Shown: positions 1 to 11,028, counted from the stretch's first letter. The stretch is DNA of 64,000 nucleotides from an uncultured Desulfosarcina sp. (GCA_963674945.2 CAXXWQ010000004.1:1280001-1344000), one strand, 5' to 3'. Notes: generated from the letters alone by a model not told the origin. A program made the numbers and translations.

Positions 1-463
1 CGTAGCACGGGCAGTATCCAAAGTCAAAACCGTTGAAAATTTTGGTCGCACTGAACCCCGCAAAGATCACTGGATCATCACTCCGGTGAATTGTCATAAT
101 AGGCCAAATAAATGCCAATATATTTTTGAAGGTCACCATTGTTCTCAGCAAAACAAGCGTTGCTTTTTTCAAGAGAGAAGCCAAAAAATAATCCGGCGAC
201 TTCTTGATGAATACACGCCGCACACCAATAGCAGCGAATAATGGAAATCGCCTGTCTTCATCGTTAGTGATGTTACATAGAAAGTACTTCCACAAAGCCA
301 AACACAATCCACGAATATCTTCATGATGCCACCCGAGTTGATAGCGGTAGTTTATGCTTGACCTGTGAAGTAATATTGAGTACTTTCTGAGCAATAACTA
401 CTTTCTTACTGCACGCATTTTTCAATAATGGTCAGGCAAAGATAGCTGCTTTACGTAAAGAGC

Positions 464-676
464 ATGAATACAACACCAAAAAAGGCTGGTGAGAAACGGA
501 TTATGTTTGTTCCGGATCACACCAGAACGCTAAGGATATTCAAAGATATAAATGGAATCGGCGTTGATTTGTATACGAACCATACAATGCATGATGGCGT
601 GATCGTCGAGCCAACCACGAATATAAAAGTCTATATGGAACCGGACAAACTGGAACGAATCGGGGCAAAGCTTTAA
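464..676 (+). CDS. small hypothetical protein
   Basis: 70-aa ORF with ATG start; no recognisable motif. Confidence 0.35.
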   Translation: MNTTPKKAGEKRIMFVPDHTRTLRIFKDINGIGVDLYTNHTMHDGVIVEPTTNIKVYMEPDKLERIGAKL

Positions 677-1293
677 CATCCGCAAAATAAATAGCGCAAT
701 CTTGACTAACCAGCTTATATCCCCCGCCCTACATCCATATTCTCGAGAAAAGCACGATTTTCGGTATTTTGGTTGTTTAATTGCCGTTTGACAGCGGGCT
801 GGGACTGGAATAGTAGATAATCAGGGCAACCCTATATCGGCAGCGATTGCTATCCCGTCAGGATTGGTGTTGGCACCAATTGTTGCCTTTTTGCAAAGCG
901 TTATAATTTCTGTCCTTTGTTACTTTGGTATTTTTCTTTACAGAAAGATGGTAAGGCTTTACCCACTGCTTACACACTCGACCGGGCGGGTTCTGGCATT
1001 TTTGGAAAGCATAACACTTTGCTGGTAAGGGCGCGCAGAAAAACCACACGCCTCACAACAAAACTGTATGTTGCTTAAGAAATCGATATAAACAGGTCAA
1101 GGTAATGCCGAAGAAAAAAATAGTGATTTTGAATGGATCGAGAAACGGTGATGACGATTTAACATCTTTTTTCCCACCTTGAATGATGTCGTGGACGTGA
1201 TGCTGAAGTGAAAGGACTGATCAAGATCATGAAAGCGGGAAAAGTGTTACCCCATTTTCCTCGGAAATTGTGCCATAATTAGCAATGCCGCAC

Positions 1294-1418
1294 ATTGCCT
1301 GGATTCAGAACTTCAGGCGCTTGGTTGTGAGGTATGAATACCATGTTGAGAATTTTCTCGCTCTCGTCCAGCTTGGATGCTCTATGATTTTGTTTCGTTT
1401 ATTTTGAGATGACTTGTA
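1294..1418 (+). mobile_element. IS5-family transposase C-terminal remnant with probable right end
   Basis: Frame from 1285 reads [37 protein letters not shown] (stop at 1407), resembling the IS5 (IS427/IS1031-like) C-terminal W..xFRRLxxRYE motif; followed by TTTTGAGATGACTTGTAG, an IS5-like end. Confidence 0.65.
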
Positions 1419-1696
1419 GTATTATTCTGAAAAAATCAGATTTATAAAATCAATTTGGTTGATGAAAGAAAAAAAGAATTATGACAAATGGGGTATGCAA
1501 AGTCCAGAGCATACGCGACTGGCTCATGTAAAAAACTATTTTGTGGGGAACACCTGGAATGTAATGTACTGTCAGGTGAAAGTGAATGCAGAAATCCTGA
1601 TATTGCAAGATAATTCATGTTAGGTTTCGGAATTTGCGTAAAAAAATTGATGGAACTTGCAGGATAGAAATTTAAAAAAGTGATTCGAGGTGGTAG

Positions 1697-2050
1697 ATGA
1701 ACCCAGCACCAATAAAAAACGAAATCTCTTTCGAGGATTTTGAAAAACTCGATATTCGAGTCGGTACAATCACATTTGTAACCGAGGTTAAAAAGTCCAA
1801 TAAACTGATGAAGTTAACGGTTGACTTTGGTGATCACACACGGTCAATCCTTGCAGGAATAAAAAAAGAACGTGAAAACCCAAAAGAAATCGAAAACAAA
1901 CAAGCTCTTTTTGTGGTAAATCTTCCTGAAAGAAAAATGGCTGGAGAGGTGTCTCAAGGAATGCTCTTTGATATCGGATATGCAGATGATGTTAAACCAT
2001 GTCTCGCCATACCCGAAAATCCAATTCCCAATGGAACCAGAGCAGGATAA
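1697..2050 (+). CDS. tRNA-binding OB-fold protein (Trbp111/CsaA family)
   Basis: ISFEDFEKLDIRVGTI...KLTVDFG...VVNLPERKMAGEVSQGM; RBS GAGGTGG. Confidence 0.9.
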   Translation: MNPAPIKNEISFEDFEKLDIRVGTITFVTEVKKSNKLMKLTVDFGDHTRSILAGIKKERENPKEIENKQALFVVNLPERKMAGEVSQGMLFDIGYADDVKPCLAIPENPIPNGTRAG

Positions 2051-2250
2051 GGATAGCATGCAGGAAAAAATGGACACACCAAGTTAACTGCTTGAATAAA
2101 TATTATATGTTTTTTAAAATCGCCTATTTTTTGTTGGAATATCGCCTTTTGATCAGCCGGAACCGTAATTAAACGGTGCTGCCCACCGTTTAACGGGTGC
2201 GAGATGCAAGCCATCTCTCGCGCCCATTATGCCGTGGATAGAGATGAATA

Positions 2251-2688
2251 ATGAAAATTTCAAGAGTGACAATAATAACGCTTGGCGTAGCCGACTTAGG
2301 CAAAGCGACAGAATTCTATGAAGCCGTACTTGGCACTCCTCCCAATATATCGGAAGGGATTACCTTTATAGAACTTCCCGGAACGTGGATCGCTCTTTAT
2401 CCTTTTGAGAAACTTGCAGAAGACATCTCGCCTGATGTTCCTATTACGCGTAACTGGTTTAGTGGCATCACACTTGCTCACAACGCACGCAGCAAGGATG
2501 AAGTCGTTGAAATCATAAAACGTGCAAAATCGGCGGGTGCCAGGATCGTTAAAGAACCGCAAGATACTTTTTGGGGAGGCTTCAGCGGATACTTCTCCGA
2601 TCTTGATGGTTATTACTGGGAAGTAGCCTGGGGGCCGATGTTTGCGTTTACAGAAAATGGTGAAATGAAATACAAAGAAGACGCGTAA
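2251..2688 (+). CDS. VOC/glyoxalase family protein
   Basis: ITLGVADL...FYE...ITLAHN...PQDTFWGGFSGYFSDLDGYYWEVAW. Confidence 0.9.
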   Translation: MKISRVTIITLGVADLGKATEFYEAVLGTPPNISEGITFIELPGTWIALYPFEKLAEDISPDVPITRNWFSGITLAHNARSKDEVVEIIKRAKSAGARIVKEPQDTFWGGFSGYFSDLDGYYWEVAWGPMFAFTENGEMKYKEDA

Positions 2689-2740
2689 TGAGGCAAAGTC
2701 AATCTACGAAAAAACGCGCCTCTGATTTGCGGCGCTATGC
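2683..2740 (+). other. degenerate attC-like site after the VOC gene
   Basis: GCGTAAT-GAGGC-AAAGTCAA...CTGATTT-GCGGC-GCTATGC has R''-5-L''(8)...L'(7)-5-R' geometry with mutated AAC/GTT cores. Confidence 0.5.
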
Positions 2741-2762
2741 ATTTCAATATAAAGGAGACGAC

Positions 2763-3209
2763 GTGAAAAAAACAAACAAGATTGGGATAATTATTTGTGA
2801 CCGTTATCGGAGATGTGCCGGGGGAAAATGTTTCAGGTCACTCAAAAACCGTGAGGGAGCATTCAGCAGATACAAGGATATGGAAGTCGAGGTCGTTGGA
2901 TACACCAGTTGCGACGGGTGCCCCGGGGGAAACATCGAATATGCCGTGGACGAAATGAGAGCAAACGGAGCGGAGATAATCCATTTGGCCACCGGCCTGA
3001 TTGTCGGGTATCCGCCATGCCCTCATGTCGTCTATTTTCATGATTATATCGAAACGAAGTATGGCCTTGAAGTCGTATACGGCACCCATCCCATCCCGGA
3101 AAAGTATCTGAAGATGCATGAAGAACTGGCAACATGGGACAGCAATGAATGGCAGACGATCATTATACCGACGATGAATGATAAAAAGACCCGCCTGGCT
3201 TACAACTAA
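2763..3209 (+). CDS. CGGC domain protein
   Basis: GTG start after AAGGAG; IGIIICDRYRRCAGGKCF, SCDGCPG, HLATG, PPCP, GTHP motifs. Confidence 0.85.
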   Translation: MKKTNKIGIIICDRYRRCAGGKCFRSLKNREGAFSRYKDMEVEVVGYTSCDGCPGGNIEYAVDEMRANGAEIIHLATGLIVGYPPCPHVVYFHDYIETKYGLEVVYGTHPIPEKYLKMHEELATWDSNEWQTIIIPTMNDKKTRLAYN

Positions 3210-3353
3210 TAATCGTTGAAGCGCTAAGGTACCCGCAACGGTTTTTTTGCTCATGCAATTGCGTAAGCCGGTATCCTGTCCTTGCAAATTGAGTAAGAAA
3301 TGAATACAATAAAACATGGGGGCACCCGGTAAAGGGCGTCCCCATTTGAGCAT

Positions 3354-5576
3354 TTGCAACCCAAACGTAAAGGAAGGCTGAAATTGATTGAGAAGCTGAT
3401 TGATGCGGAAAGTTCCAGCGATGAAATTCTCTTTGCGCCACCTGATTATGCAATAGAACACGATTCTACGCAGGAAAGCCTGAACGCCGATCCAGTCGCA
3501 AACCTTGCGCAAAAGGAAGAAAACGACATTTCAATGGAGGACGCCGATCCTTCGGAAAACGAATCCGGCGCGTACATAAAAATCGGCCTGGGCATCGATG
3601 CAGGCGGAACCTATACGGATGCCGTTATCTATGATCTTGAACTGAATAAAACGCTATGCAAGGCAAAAGCCCTGACCACCAAATGGGATTTTACCGTCGG
3701 TATCAAAAGGGCAATGGAAAAGCTGGATCAAAAACTTTTTTCTGAAATTGAACTGATCTCGGTGTCCACGACGCTTGCCACCAACGCCATCGTGGAAAAT
3801 GAAGGTCAAACGGTCGGATTGCTTCTTATGTCGCCTTTTGGCCTTGAGGACTGTAAAAGTAACATCTACCGGCCCAATGCCCTCATCCAGGGAAAGCTGA
3901 AAATTACGGGAAAAGAGATCGAACCGGTAAATCCGGATGAGGTAAAGTCGGTCGTCAAGCAAATGATGGAGAATGATCATGTGACGGCATTTGCCGTATC
4001 CGGTTATGCAGGTTCCATCAACCCTCAGCATGAATTGAAGGTGAAAAAAATTATTCAGGAGGAGACAGGCGTTTTCGTGTCCTGCGGTCATGAATTGTCC
4101 GACACCCTCAACTTCGAGACCAGGGCGGCCACGACCACGCTCAATGCGCGGATTATCCCCAGGCTCAAAAGTTTAATCCTCGATCTAGAAAATACCATGG
4201 CCGGCTATGGTGTTACGGCGCCGATTGTTGTCGTCAAAGGGGATGGGACCCTTATGAGAAAGGAAATGGCAAATAATCGTCCTATCGAGACGATCCTTTC
4301 CGGACCTGCCGCCAGCGTCGCGGGAGCAAGACATCTGACAGGTCTTGCCGATGCCCTGGTAGTGGATATGGGCGGGACAACGACTGATACGGCTTCCCTG
4401 GCCTCCGGACTGGTCAACCTGAACGAACAGGGGGCCAGCGTCGGAGAACACCGAACCCATGTCTATGCCCTTGACATCCGGACCACCGGACTGGGAGGCG
4501 ATAGTCTGATCCTTCATGAAAACGGTAACTTTTTAATCGGTCCCAAACGGGTTGCGCCCATTTCCTGGCTAGGCCAAAATTATCCTGGCACATATACCGC
4601 CCTTGAATTTTTAGGCGACCGTCTCAAACATTTTATTCGCTCTACCGAAAGCATGCAGATTCTGACAAAGACTGGAGAAGTCAAATCCCTGCGACTCACG
4701 TCTCTGGAAGAACAAATTCTCTCCAAGCTTGAACAAAGGCCCTATTCCATAGATGAGCTGCTTCAGAATCCGGATGTCGAGGCGAGACTGTCATTGCCGT
4801 TACAGCGTCTTGAGGAAAATTTTATCATTCAACGATACGGACTGACACTTACAGACATTTTTCACATAAAGGGATTATTCGAAAAATGGAATACCAAATC
4901 AGCCAAAATATACGCTGGTTTCTATTCTTTCATAGCCGGAATACCTCTTTATGAGATGATCGATCACCTCTTGGAACTGGGAACAAAAAAACTCTCCCTC
5001 GAATTGCTGAAGCACTGTCTGGACAATATAAATACAACGGAACTGGATAACAACCCGGCATGGAAAACCCTGATTCACCTTCTTTTAAATGAACAGCACC
5101 CCAACTATGAGGTGGCGATTAACTTCAAACATCCGGTGGTCGGCATCGGGGCGCCCATTGGTTTTTTCCTGCCGGAAGCTGTCAGGCCCTTTAAAACGGA
5201 GGCGATAATTCCCGATGACGCCGATGTCGCCAATGCCATCGGCGCAATTACAAGCCACGTGTCGATCCGCAAACATCTTTGGATTATACCTGATTATAAA
5301 GGCGGTTTTATTGTGGAAGGTGTTTCCGGCATCCATCGGTTTAAAAGTCTTGGTGAAGCGGACGGCTATGCCAGAAGTGCGCTTACACATTTGCTTCGAG
5401 AACAGGCAGAAGAAGCCGGAACCAGTTGCAGAACCGTCAATTTTAAAACAGTCGATAAAAAATCGGAATTCGTTGGCAACAGACAAATTATATTGAAAAG
5501 ACACATTTATGCGAGCCTGAAAGGACGGCCGGATTTAGTGCTGAACAGAGGGAGAGGCAACATCCAACCCGGATAA
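3354..5576 (+). CDS. hydantoinase/oxoprolinase family protein (start uncertain, possibly a 5'-truncated fusion)
   Basis: GIDAGGTYTDAV, STTLATNA, TILSGPAAS, VVDMGGTTTD, GLGGDS, VANAIGA motifs. Confidence 0.85.
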   Translation: MQPKRKGRLKLIEKLIDAESSSDEILFAPPDYAIEHDSTQESLNADPVANLAQKEENDISMEDADPSENESGAYIKIGLGIDAGGTYTDAVIYDLELNKTLCKAKALTTKWDFTVGIKRAMEKLDQKLFSEIELISVSTTLATNAIVENEGQTVGLLLMSPFGLEDCKSNIYRPNALIQGKLKITGKEIEPVNPDEVKSVVKQMMENDHVTAFAVSGYAGSINPQHELKVKKIIQEETGVFVSCGHELSDTLNFETRAATTTLNARIIPRLKSLILDLENTMAGYGVTAPIVVVKGDGTLMRKEMANNRPIETILSGPAASVAGARHLTGLADALVVDMGGTTTDTASLASGLVNLNEQGASVGEHRTHVYALDIRTTGLGGDSLILHENGNFLIGPKRVAPISWLGQNYPGTYTALEFLGDRLKHFIRSTESMQILTKTGEVKSLRLTSLEEQILSKLEQRPYSIDELLQNPDVEARLSLPLQRLEENFIIQRYGLTLTDIFHIKGLFEKWNTKSAKIYAGFYSFIAGIPLYEMIDHLLELGTKKLSLELLKHCLDNINTTELDNNPAWKTLIHLLLNEQHPNYEVAINFKHPVVGIGAPIGFFLPEAVRPFKTEAIIPDDADVANAIGAITSHVSIRKHLWIIPDYKGGFIVEGVSGIHRFKSLGEADGYARSALTHLLREQAEEAGTSCRTVNFKTVDKKSEFVGNRQIILKRHIYASLKGRPDLVLNRGRGNIQPG

Positions 5577-5908
5577 GATTTTTCTCATACCGCAGGCATC
5601 GGGTAAAATGGCCATGTCTGAAAGGTTCGTGACCAGGGGAATATTGCGGGTGTCGCGCCATCCATCCGTCCACAGGCTCGAAATTTGTTTTTTAATCCTC
5701 ATTACGTTCATCACCAAAAATGCTTTTGGGTAATGAGTTGCTTTAACCCTGTCACAATCAAAGACCGTGCCGTCTTTTATTGAATACGTATCTTTCTGAA
5801 TTAATGCAAAATCCATCGATTACTGGACAGTCGTTCTGCTCAATATCCTGATGATATCAATTGATGTCACGCCTCAATGGTTTCACCAGTGACAGGCAAT
5901 GGTATGCG

Positions 5909-7324
5909 TTACGGCAGCCTCAGTACGGCTGCCTGCACCCAGTCCAGCAAGGGTGTCGGATAGAAGCCCACGCCGATGATCAGCGCAATCATGGCCGTGG
6001 CAACCAGGCGGCTGGAAAGAGAAAGATCAATGGCCGACACCGGACCGGCCGGCTCGTCGAGGTAGGCGGCCTTGAGTACCAGAAGGTAGTAGTAGAGAGA
6101 AATTACAACGTTGATCATGGCGATGATCACCAGGACGAGATAACCTTTTTGCATGGCGGCAACAAAGATAAAGAGTTTGCCGGAAAAGCCGATGGTTGGT
6201 GGAATGCCGCCAAGGCCGAAAAGGGAGAGCAGCAGGGCCAGGGCCAGCAGCGGTGAACGCCGATGCAGGCCTGCCAGTTCGCAGATCTGAAGGTTGCGGC
6301 CATCCGGGGCCACCCGAATCATGACCATGAAGCAGGTGAATTTCATGACCAATACTGCCGCGCCGTAGAACATGGCCGCTGCATACCCGGCCGGTGTCAT
6401 GCACAGCATGGCCAGCAGCAGATAACCGGCGTGGGCCACACTGGAAAATGCCATCAGGCGTTTGAAATCCTTTTGGGAAATGGCAGCCAGATTGCCAACG
6501 GTCATGGAAGCCACTGCCATTGCCATCATCCCCCTGGCCAGCATGTCGCCGCCGTCCTGGGCCAACGAGACGAGACGGATCAAAATGGCCACGGCCGCCA
6601 CCTTGGATACGGCGGCAATGAACGCAGCCACGGGATTGGGCGCACCCTCGTAAGCGTCCGGAGCCCAGAAATGGAAGGGAAAGACCGCCAGTTTGAAGAA
6701 GAATCCCGCCAGGGTGAGCAGCAGGCCGCCGGCTACCATGGGCTGATTCAACACGCCTGGCAGCACCCCGGTCAGACGGTCGACGTGCATGGTACCCGTG
6801 GCAGCGTAGACCAGTGACAATCCGAACAGCATAACCGCCGAAACGCTGGCCCCTACCAGGAAATAGCGCAATCCCGCCACCATGCCCCAGCGCCGCTCCC
6901 GCCGCATGAATACCAGCAAGTACAGGGAATAGCTGGACAGTTCGAGGGCCAGTACGATGGCCAACAGATGTACGGCGGAGGCCAGCATCATCATCGATAA
7001 TGTGCTTACACTGAATAGAAAATACCCTTCGGCGTGCTGCACCCACTGTATTCCATCCAAATCGTCACACAGGAACACCACAAGAAAAAAGCCCATGGCC
7101 AGAATGACCTTGAAGGTCTGTGAGAAGAGATCCACGCGATAGACGCCGCCAAACAAATCGCCGTTCATGGTGGCACAGGCGATGCTGGCCGCCAACGTTG
7201 CGGCCGCCATGGTCAGCGCCAGCACGTAAACGCGCGCCGGATCGGGTTTCAGGCAGGCCATGGTCAGAAATACGGCCGCGGCAGCCAAAAGTGTCAGTTC
7301 AGGGGTAAACAGAATCCAATCCAT
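5909..7324 (-). CDS. nuoN: NADH-quinone oxidoreductase subunit N
   Basis: hydrophobic; FKLAVFPFHFWAPDAYEGAP, KRLMAFSSVAHAGY, GIPPTIGFSGK; last gene of the nuo operon. Confidence 0.95.
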   Translation of the reverse strand: MDWILFTPELTLLAAAAVFLTMACLKPDPARVYVLALTMAAATLAASIACATMNGDLFGGVYRVDLFSQTFKVILAMGFFLVVFLCDDLDGIQWVQHAEGYFLFSVSTLSMMMLASAVHLLAIVLALELSSYSLYLLVFMRRERRWGMVAGLRYFLVGASVSAVMLFGLSLVYAATGTMHVDRLTGVLPGVLNQPMVAGGLLLTLAGFFFKLAVFPFHFWAPDAYEGAPNPVAAFIAAVSKVAAVAILIRLVSLAQDGGDMLARGMMAMAVASMTVGNLAAISQKDFKRLMAFSSVAHAGYLLLAMLCMTPAGYAAAMFYGAAVLVMKFTCFMVMIRVAPDGRNLQICELAGLHRRSPLLALALLLSLFGLGGIPPTIGFSGKLFIFVAAMQKGYLVLVIIAMINVVISLYYYLLVLKAAYLDEPAGPVSAIDLSLSSRLVATAMIALIIGVGFYPTPLLDWVQAAVLRLP

Positions 7325-7337
7325 GGATATTTACATC

Positions 7338-8816
7338 CTATCCGGACAGTATTTGAATGGTTGCCGTGCGAATCATATCAAACAGCAGCCCGGGAAAGAG
7401 TCCGAAAAGTACGATGACCGACACCAGGATCACCCGCGGCGTGGCCATGGCAATGGAGACGTCGGGCAAATGGACGAACCTTTCCACCGGTGGCCCGTAA
7501 CAGGTTTTCTGCACCACCCGCAGCATGAAAAGCGCACCCACGGCCAGGGCGGCGATGGCCAGCGCACCGGCAAGGGGGTAAACCCGGACACACGAAATAA
7601 AAACCACCACCTCTCCCCAGAAGCTGGCCAGACAGGGGACGCCGATACCGGCCAGGGCGGCGATGATGAAAAAACTGGCCGCCCGCGGCATGATCCGCGC
7701 GAGCCCCCCCAGGTCGGCGATGGCCTTGGTGTGCGTACGATCATAGACGTAGCCGACCGATGAGAAGAACAGCGCCGTCATGACGCCGTGGGCGAACATC
7801 TGAAACACCGCACCGTTGAGGCCGTCGACAGTAACGGTGGAAAGACCCAGTCCCACGATCCCCATGTGAGAGACACTGGAGTAGCCGATCACATATTTCA
7901 AGTCGGTCTGGCTCAATCCGACGAATACACCGTAGACGATCCCGCAGGTGGCCAGGGTGGCCATGAGCGGTGCCCAGTACTGCCAGCCCTCCGGGCAGAG
8001 AAAAATGCCCACCCGCAAGATGCCGAAGGCCCCGATCTTCATCAGGACACCGGCGTGAATCATGGAGACCGCCGTCGGTGCCGCCACGTGGCCCACCGGC
8101 GACCAGGTGTGAAAAGGGAACACGCCGGCCAGGATACCGAAGCCAATGTAAAGAAGGAGAAAGGCCAGTCGCTGTTCTCCCGGTGTAAACCGGTGACCCT
8201 GCATCAGGGCGATCAGATCAAAGCCCATGTTTCCGGAACTGATCACAAGGTAGACGATCGCCGGCAGAATCAGGGCGCTGCCCGCCAGCAGATACAGGGT
8301 CAGTTTCATGGCCCCGTACTCTTTGCGTGTGCTGCCCCAGATGGCGATGAGAAGATACATGGGAAACAGGGATACATCGAACCAGACGAAGATGAAAAAC
8401 AGATCCAGGGCCATGAACATGCCGAAGACACCGGTCACCAGCAGAAAAATCAGGGCGAAGAATTCCTTGACCCGCAGTTCCAGCTCCCACATCGTCAGGA
8501 CGGCGGTGAAAAAAACGATGCCGGTCAACAGCAGCATGGGCAGGGCGAATCCGTCCACGCCGTTATGATATGCGATGCCCAGCGAAGGAATCCAGTCCAC
8601 GCGTTCCACAAACTGAAACCCGCCGGCCTGTTTGTCGTACGCAACATACAGGTAAATGGAAATCAGCAGGGTCAGCCCGCTGAACACGGCGCTGACCGTC
8701 TTGATGACCCGCGTCTTGTGGGCGGGAGTAAACAGAATCGTCACCAGGCCGATGCCGCAGCACAGCAATAACATCGTCAATACAGGAAAGTATGCCATTT
8801 CATATGCCATGGTCAT
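7338..8816 (-). CDS. nuoM: NADH-quinone oxidoreductase subunit M
   Basis: FPFHTWSPVGHVAAPTAVS, GVLMKIGAFG, YSSVSHMG, QMFAHG. Confidence 0.93.
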   Translation of the reverse strand: MTMAYEMAYFPVLTMLLLCCGIGLVTILFTPAHKTRVIKTVSAVFSGLTLLISIYLYVAYDKQAGGFQFVERVDWIPSLGIAYHNGVDGFALPMLLLTGIVFFTAVLTMWELELRVKEFFALIFLLVTGVFGMFMALDLFFIFVWFDVSLFPMYLLIAIWGSTRKEYGAMKLTLYLLAGSALILPAIVYLVISSGNMGFDLIALMQGHRFTPGEQRLAFLLLYIGFGILAGVFPFHTWSPVGHVAAPTAVSMIHAGVLMKIGAFGILRVGIFLCPEGWQYWAPLMATLATCGIVYGVFVGLSQTDLKYVIGYSSVSHMGIVGLGLSTVTVDGLNGAVFQMFAHGVMTALFFSSVGYVYDRTHTKAIADLGGLARIMPRAASFFIIAALAGIGVPCLASFWGEVVVFISCVRVYPLAGALAIAALAVGALFMLRVVQKTCYGPPVERFVHLPDVSIAMATPRVILVSVIVLFGLFPGLLFDMIRTATIQILSG

Positions 8817-10708
8817 CCGCCCCATCCGATAAACAGTACCAGCCCGATCACCATGGCCACCATCACCATCAGCCGGTACTGGATCATAGTCTGATGCAGC
8901 CGCTCCATCATCTTTCCCAATCCGATGGTCGACAACCCCAGTCCATCCAGGGCACCGTCGATGACCCGCCGGTCATTTGCCGTAAAGAGCCGCGACACGG
9001 TTCCATAGATAAACCGGTCGAGAAATTGCCGGTAAAACCGGTCCAGGTACCAGCGCTCACCAAACAGCCGTGCCAGCGCCGGAATCCGTTCCACCCAGCC
9101 GATCTGGCTCGTTCCTTTGCGGCCGAATTCAAACCAGGCCTGGGCGATAGCCAGCACTGCCAGGGTTCCGGCCAAGATGGGCAACCATCCATGGTGCCCT
9201 TCGACAGTCTCCTTCAGGCCCTGGCCGATTACCAGAAAATCGTGCAGCGCCGTGTGGAAAAATCCCAGCAGAATCGTTGCGCCGGCTAGGAAAAAGAGGA
9301 CACCGACCATGGACCGCTCGCCCCCGACGTTATGGCGGGTGGCGTGTCCGCCGGCCTCTTGCGGTGCTTCCGTCTCCCGGGGAAAGAGAATAATGAAGAT
9401 CAGCCGGAAAGCGTAATAGGTCGTCAAAAATGCTCCGGTCAAGCCAGCCGCAAAGGCCAGCGGGTGGCCGCTGTCCAACAATCCGCCCAGGATCAGCTCT
9501 TTGCTGAAAAAACCCGAAAACGGCGGCAGGCCGGAAAGTGCGCCGGCACCCACGACCAGACAGACCAAGGTGGCGGCAAGCCCGCGTCCCCCTAGTCTGC
9601 CAATGGCGAAGACATCATTTGTATTAAAATGATGAATCAGCACGCCGGCGCAAAGGAAAAGCAGGGCCTTGAATCCGGCATGGGTGACCAGATGAAACAC
9701 GCCGGCAAAAAAGCTGCCGGCGCCTAAGGCCATGAGCATGAAACCCAGCTGGCTGATGGTCGAATAGGCCCAGACCTGTTTGATGTCGCGGGCCACCATG
9801 GCCATGGTCGACGCCAGCAGCATGCTGATCGTGCCGGTTGCCAGGCAGACACCCATCACCGTCGGCGAAAGTGAGAAAAAATCGAACAGCCGGGCAAACA
9901 GGTAGACACCGGCAGCCACCATGGTGGCCGAATGAAGCAGCGCGCTCACCGGCGTAGGGCCCTCCATGGCATCGGGAAGCCATGTAAGCAGCGGGAACTG
10001 GGCGCTTTTTCCTACGATGCCCCCGAAGATCAAGAGCCCGCTCAGGGTGGTCATGCCCGGCGACAGCCGATTGCCTGCCACCGCCGGCTCTATCAGAAAA
10101 GGAATGTCCAGTGTGCCCAACTGGAGCCAGAGCAATACCATCCCCATGAGAAATGCCACGTCACCCGTACGCGTCATGACAAAGGCCTTCTTGCCTGCCG
10201 CGCTGGCACTGAATTTCTCGAACCAGAATCCGATTAAGAAATAAGAAGAGAGTCCCACCAGTTCCCAGAAAATATAAAGCTGCACCAAAGAGCTGGAGAC
10301 GGTAAGGGTCAGCATCGCCCAGGCAAAAAGAGACATAAAGCCGTAATACCGTCCGAAGCCGGGATCTCCGGCCATGTACCCCAAGGAGTAGACCTGCACC
10401 AGAAAACTGATGGCAGCCACCACGGTGAACATCACGAGGCTCAGGGGATCGAGAAGAATACCGATGGGCACGGCGAATCGGCCGGCACTCATCCAGACCG
10501 TCTGATAGACCATCGGCTGTGTCATATGCCAGTGCCCGGCCAGCAGGTAAATAGCCGTTAGCAGCGAGAACCCGACAGAAGCAATGGAGATAGCCGCCGA
10601 AAGGCGATGCCGGCTGCGCGTGCCGATCATGATCACACCAAAGGAAATCAGCGGCAACGCCAATGCGAAAACAGTGATGATCAGACTGGTGGAAGAAGAT
10701 ATACTCAT
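8813..10708 (-). CDS. nuoL: NADH-quinone oxidoreductase subunit L
   Basis: GKSAQFPLLTWLPDAMEGPTPVSALLHSATMVAAG, AYSTISQLG, HAGFKALLF. Confidence 0.96.
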   Translation of the reverse strand: MSISSSTSLIITVFALALPLISFGVIMIGTRSRHRLSAAISIASVGFSLLTAIYLLAGHWHMTQPMVYQTVWMSAGRFAVPIGILLDPLSLVMFTVVAAISFLVQVYSLGYMAGDPGFGRYYGFMSLFAWAMLTLTVSSSLVQLYIFWELVGLSSYFLIGFWFEKFSASAAGKKAFVMTRTGDVAFLMGMVLLWLQLGTLDIPFLIEPAVAGNRLSPGMTTLSGLLIFGGIVGKSAQFPLLTWLPDAMEGPTPVSALLHSATMVAAGVYLFARLFDFFSLSPTVMGVCLATGTISMLLASTMAMVARDIKQVWAYSTISQLGFMLMALGAGSFFAGVFHLVTHAGFKALLFLCAGVLIHHFNTNDVFAIGRLGGRGLAATLVCLVVGAGALSGLPPFSGFFSKELILGGLLDSGHPLAFAAGLTGAFLTTYYAFRLIFIILFPRETEAPQEAGGHATRHNVGGERSMVGVLFFLAGATILLGFFHTALHDFLVIGQGLKETVEGHHGWLPILAGTLAVLAIAQAWFEFGRKGTSQIGWVERIPALARLFGERWYLDRFYRQFLDRFIYGTVSRLFTANDRRVIDGALDGLGLSTIGLGKMMERLHQTMIQYRLMVMVAMVIGLVLFIGWGG

Positions 10709-10710
10709 TC

Positions 10711-11028
10711 TCAGCCAGCGCCTCCTTCTCCAATGGCGTCGTCCATGGCCGGATCGACGGATCCGGTGTGCCGGTAATATCCGATGATGGCGGCAAGACC
10801 CACGGCGACTTCAGTGGCGGCAATGGTCAGGATGAAAATCACCACAGCCTGCCCTTCCATCTGCCCCCAGCGCAACGCCGCACCGACAAACACCATGGCG
10901 CCGGCATTGAGCATGATCTCGATGCCTAGCAGCATCATGACCAGGTTACGCCGGGCAAGGGCGGCAAAAAGCCCCAACGCGAACAAAATGGTCGATAACA
11001 CGAGTAGATGACTGAACGGAACGATCAT
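10711..11028 (-). CDS. nuoK: NADH-quinone oxidoreductase subunit K
   Basis: RRNLVMMLLGIEIMLNA, AATEVAVGLA; ATG overlaps the nuoJ stop. Confidence 0.93.
   Translation of the reverse strand: MIVPFSHLLVLSTILFALGLFAALARRNLVMMLLGIEIMLNAGAMVFVGAALRWGQMEGQAVVIFILTIAATEVAVGLAAIIGYYRHTGSVDPAMDDAIGEGGAG

Noticed and set aside
2..241. open frame entering from the left edge
   Set aside because: No recognisable motif, and it cannot be assessed without upstream sequence.
1105..1182. MPKKKIVILNGSR flavodoxin-like N-terminus
   Set aside because: Only 25 codons before a stop, too short to call with confidence.
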